A DNA stretch of 47,592 bases, from assembly GCA_964345395.1 (NCBI GenBank), contig CAYFRA010000001.1:29897-77488 (forward strand), in the 5' to 3' direction. Source of the stretch: an uncultured Paludibacter sp. GTDB lineage: Bacteria; Bacteroidota; Bacteroidia; Bacteroidales; Paludibacteraceae. Position 1 is the first letter of the stretch. The number at the start of each line of letters is the position of its first letter. The translations under genes and the position numbers were made by a program. Of the stretch, positions 45,069 to 47,592 are shown in pieces. The notes beneath the pieces were generated by a model. It made no database searches and was not told where the DNA came from. It saw nothing but the letters and a program-made list of their open reading frames with translations.

Positions 45069-46715
45069 TTATTCTAAATTATCCAATTCTTCTTGCGTTT
45101 TGTGTCGCAAATTTGGATTTTCTTTAGCCATTTCTCTTTTTATCTCTTCAGGATAACCCGCTCTAATAATGGTTGTAGGCAAATTGTATTGATTGCGTTT
45201 AAAGACTCCATTTTCTTCAGGTTTTATATTACCATCTAAGAATTTTACCAACAAAAACTGACCCAGCCTTCTCCACTCATTGGTAGTTTCCTCTGATCTG
45301 TTTACGCTATACTCAGTCAAGAATCTAACTGCATTTTCTTTTGTCATAGACATAGCAGTTGATTCGATATCAGCAATCTCTTCTTTGAAACCATTTTCTA
45401 TTTCAAATTGTTTTTTCTTTATATCTTCCATCATTGGTAGATATTTACCATAAGCCAAGTTTGAAACCAAGTTAAAAACCCAAAAAGCAGAAGATTCAGA
45501 ATAATCTAGCAAGCTACCGTTACGCTCATCAAAACACCAAGGCACTTCATTTGTGGCTGCAAAAATAGGAATATATACATTGCTTGCCGCATCATCAACT
45601 CCAAACCAAAGAATACCGCCTATATGATTAGGTAACCAATTTCGGAGCTGTGCAACAAAAGAGAAGCCTGTTTGCTGTGTTGCAATTGGTCTTTCGTGTC
45701 CGTAAGTAAGATTATCAATTTGGAAAGTTAGCGGGCTATGGCGTAATTTACTACCAAATGTTCCAGCACCTACTCCTTTTGTCATATCAAACTCGGTACC
45801 TTCATATTGGTCACGCATCATATTTTTCAGATCGTCAACAGATAATTTTCTGTCGGGTTTAATCCAAAGAGGCATACGTGTTCTACTTTCGCCTTTTACA
45901 TAACCTATATAATCCTCCATCTCTTTATTTACACTTTTGAAAAATGACCATACACGTGCTTCGCATATTCTCAAAGCCGAGTAGTCCAATGGAGCATATA
46001 CATCTGAGAAACTAAAATCTTTGTCTTCTCCATCAAAATAACCTTGTTCGCGGGCAAAGCTTACCACATCTGGTGAGTACATACAGTTCTCTTTGTCCTC
46101 AAAGGGGATAGTGGTTATACGTGCTTGGTTGGCATGAGCCGAAATGCAGTCGTCTGGCAATCTCAATGCTACCCATACTGTGCCTTTGCTTCCAATTCCT
46201 TTTCCTACAATTTCTAAAATCCAAGCTTCGTTAGGGTCGGCAATTGAAAAAGATTCGCCCGAACTGTAATATCCATATTCATCCACCAAGTCGATAATAG
46301 TTTTTATTGCCTCTCGTGCTGTTTTTGAGCGTTGGAGTGCAATATACATCAAGCTTCCGTAATCCATTATCCCCGTTGTGTCAACCAATTCAGGTCTGCC
46401 ACCAAAAGTAGTTTCACCTATCGCAACTTGATGCTCATTGATGTTGCCAATAACGTTGTAAGTTTTTTTGGCTTGCTTGATTTTTCCTAAATACTTTCCT
46501 GTGTCCCACTCGTGAATGTCCATCATTGTTCCCTCAGGATATTCGGCAGCGGGATAGTGATAAAGTGCTCCAAACAAATAATAGGAATCTGCAGCATATG
46601 AAATGAAAGTTGAACCATCTACAGACGCTTTTTTCCCAACCAAAAAATTGGTACAAGCCCAGCCAGATACACTAATTAATAGAATTAAACTTAGTAAGAA
46701 TGATCGTTTTTTCAT
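45069..46715 (-). CDS. C69-family dipeptidase (secreted, N-terminal Cys nucleophile)
   Basis: Signal peptide ending ...VSGWA, then CTNFLVGKKASVDGSTFISY, the Ntn-type Cys start of C69 peptidases. Length is 548 aa. Confidence 0.8.
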   Translation of the reverse strand: MKKRSFLLSLILLISVSGWACTNFLVGKKASVDGSTFISYAADSYYLFGALYHYPAAEYPEGTMMDIHEWDTGKYLGKIKQAKKTYNVIGNINEHQVAIGETTFGGRPELVDTTGIMDYGSLMYIALQRSKTAREAIKTIIDLVDEYGYYSSGESFSIADPNEAWILEIVGKGIGSKGTVWVALRLPDDCISAHANQARITTIPFEDKENCMYSPDVVSFAREQGYFDGEDKDFSFSDVYAPLDYSALRICEARVWSFFKSVNKEMEDYIGYVKGESRTRMPLWIKPDRKLSVDDLKNMMRDQYEGTEFDMTKGVGAGTFGSKLRHSPLTFQIDNLTYGHERPIATQQTGFSFVAQLRNWLPNHIGGILWFGVDDAASNVYIPIFAATNEVPWCFDERNGSLLDYSESSAFWVFNLVSNLAYGKYLPMMEDIKKKQFEIENGFKEEIADIESTAMSMTKENAVRFLTEYSVNRSEETTNEWRRLGQFLLVKFLDGNIKPEENGVFKRNQYNLPTTIIRAGYPEEIKREMAKENPNLRHKTQEELDNLE

Positions 46716-46764
46716 GATTAATATTTTATTGTGATTGATTAATTAATATTTAATTGTTGAACAA

Positions 46765-46772
46765 CAAAGATA
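46765..46772 (-). promoter_or_regulatory. Bacteroidota-type -7 box (TATCTTTG on minus strand)
   Basis: Plus-strand CAAAGATA lies 50 bp upstream of the ATG at 46715. Confidence 0.5.
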
Positions 46773-46835
46773 AGCATTAATAGATAAAATAAAAACAGAA
46801 TAAATCTAATTGATAAGTATAATTTTAAAAGAAAT

Positions 46836-46873
46836 AAAAAAAAGTCGCCCCGTATAATTACGAAACGACTTTT
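46836..46873 (-). terminator. Rho-independent terminator after mscL
   Basis: The minus-strand RNA is AAAGUCGUUUCG-uaauuaua-CGGGGCGACUUU (12 bp including three G-U pairs) followed by a U-run. Confidence 0.7.
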
Positions 46874-46889
46874 ATTGATACTTTTAGGC

Positions 46890-47321
46890 TTACTTCTGTT
46901 TTAGTAAATCTCTAATTTCTGCCAATAAAACCTCTTCTTTAGTTGGTTCTGGTTCTGCAACCTCTACTTCCTCCTGTTTCTTTTTAGTTTTGTTAATTGC
47001 TTTGACCATCCAAAAAATAACCAATGCCAAAAGCAGGAAATTGATAGCAACAGTGATGAAATTACCATAAGCAAATATGCTTGCATCTGCCACTTCACGA
47101 GCTTGCTCCAATGTTAATCCAGGGTCAACTTTACCCTTCAAAACAACATACAGGCTACTAAAATCAGGTTTACCAATCAAAGCACCTACTAAAGGCATAA
47201 TTAAATCATCGATGATACTTGAAATAATTGTACCAAAAGCACCACCAATTATAACACCCACCGCCATATCTATGGCATTACCTTTTACGGCAAAATCTTT
47301 GAACTCTTTTACAAATCCCAT
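46890..47321 (-). CDS. mscL: Large-conductance mechanosensitive channel
   Basis: [36 protein letters not shown]-terminus, two TM helices, charged C-terminal helix, 143 aa. Confidence 0.95.
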   Translation of the reverse strand: MGFVKEFKDFAVKGNAIDMAVGVIIGGAFGTIISSIIDDLIMPLVGALIGKPDFSSLYVVLKGKVDPGLTLEQAREVADASIFAYGNFITVAINFLLLALVIFWMVKAINKTKKKQEEVEVAEPEPTKEEVLLAEIRDLLKQK

Positions 47322-47346
47322 AATTGTTTAGTTTTAAATTGATATG

Positions 47347-47354
47347 CAAATGTA
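47347..47354 (-). promoter_or_regulatory. Bacteroidota-type -7 box (TACATTTG on minus strand)
   Basis: Plus-strand CAAATGTA lies 26 bp upstream of the mscL ATG. Confidence 0.45.
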
Positions 47355-47398
47355 GTTAAAATTTGAGATAATAAAAATAAATTGCTCTATTTACAATG

Positions 47399-47431
47399 AA
47401 AACCTTTGCAAAATCATTATGCAAAGGTTTT
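47399..47431 (-). terminator. Terminator hairpin downstream of the secDF-like gene
   Basis: AAAACCTTTGCA-aaatcatta-TGCAAAGGTTTT, a perfect 12-bp stem that includes A/T runs. Confidence 0.65.
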
Positions 47432-47469
47432 CGCTTTATAAAAAATATGAAAATACTAATCTACATTTT

Positions 47470-47592
47470 TTATTTTCTTGACTTAGCTGTAGCTAATACT
47501 TTTTGCTTTTTCTCATTATCCCTAACGATAATATCGTGAGCGATTGGCACAGAGATAAACAGAGTAGAATAAACACCAATCAATGTACCAAA
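47470..47592 (-). CDS. C-terminal end of a SecF/SecDF-type protein translocase subunit (gene runs off the right edge)
   Basis: My translation of the minus strand is FGTLIGVYSTLFISVPIAHDIIVRDNEKKQKVLATAKSRK, with the stop at 47470-47472. The G-x-YSS/T-x-F-I-x-x-P pattern is the last TM helix of SecF. Confidence 0.55.
   Translation of the reverse strand, partial: FGTLIGVYSTLFISVPIAHDIIVRDNEKKQKVLATAKSRK

Noticed and set aside
1-47592. Search for CRISPR arrays, tRNA/rRNA genes, IS elements, integrases, toxin-antitoxin pairs or prophage remnants.
   Set aside because: I saw no repeat-spacer periodicity, no cloverleaf-capable GC-rich intergenic segments and no transposase- or integrase-like translations in any frame of the ORF track. 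Every intergenic gap is under 370 bp and is explained by promoters and terminators.

Overview
The window is an AT-rich, gene-dense chromosomal segment with about 45 CDS and short intergenic gaps. I saw no rRNA, tRNA, CRISPR array, transposase, integrase or phage genes. All calls come from motifs read by eye in the supplied translations and DNA; no searches were run.

It looks like core genome of a Bacteroidota member, probably an anaerobic Bacteroidales-like organism. Three things support this: the -7 promoter box TAnnTTTG recurs 20-90 bp upstream of many starts, Shine-Dalgarno sequences are largely absent, and the gene content and synteny are phylum-typical (parA-parB-DUF5683-LysM transglycosylase; ftsX-DUF3098-uppP-truB-queA; gldG-like; OmpH).

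Housekeeping genes recognised: nrnA, ftcD, selD/selU, dprA, upp, aspA, rpoN, sbcCD, parAB, prfB (with its programmed +1 frameshift, which the ORF track splits), hydF/hydE, queA, truB, uppP, ftsX, mscL and a secDF 3' end.

The best candidate for an uncharacterised system is a three-gene envelope module at 31122-35804: a predicted outer-membrane beta-barrel, an RND/MMPL-type exporter and a LolA-like periplasmic protein. It has no membrane-fusion or TolC partner.

Secondary observations:
- an unannotated 47-aa Cys-rich membrane mini-protein with its own promoter and terminator
- an orphan N6-adenine DNA methyltransferase
- a near-consensus sigma-54 -24/-12 element in the ftcD/ompA intergenic region
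- 13-bp direct repeats upstream of parA

Several ORF-track starts are TTG or GTG and were moved to a nearby ATG where that gave a more typical N-terminus.
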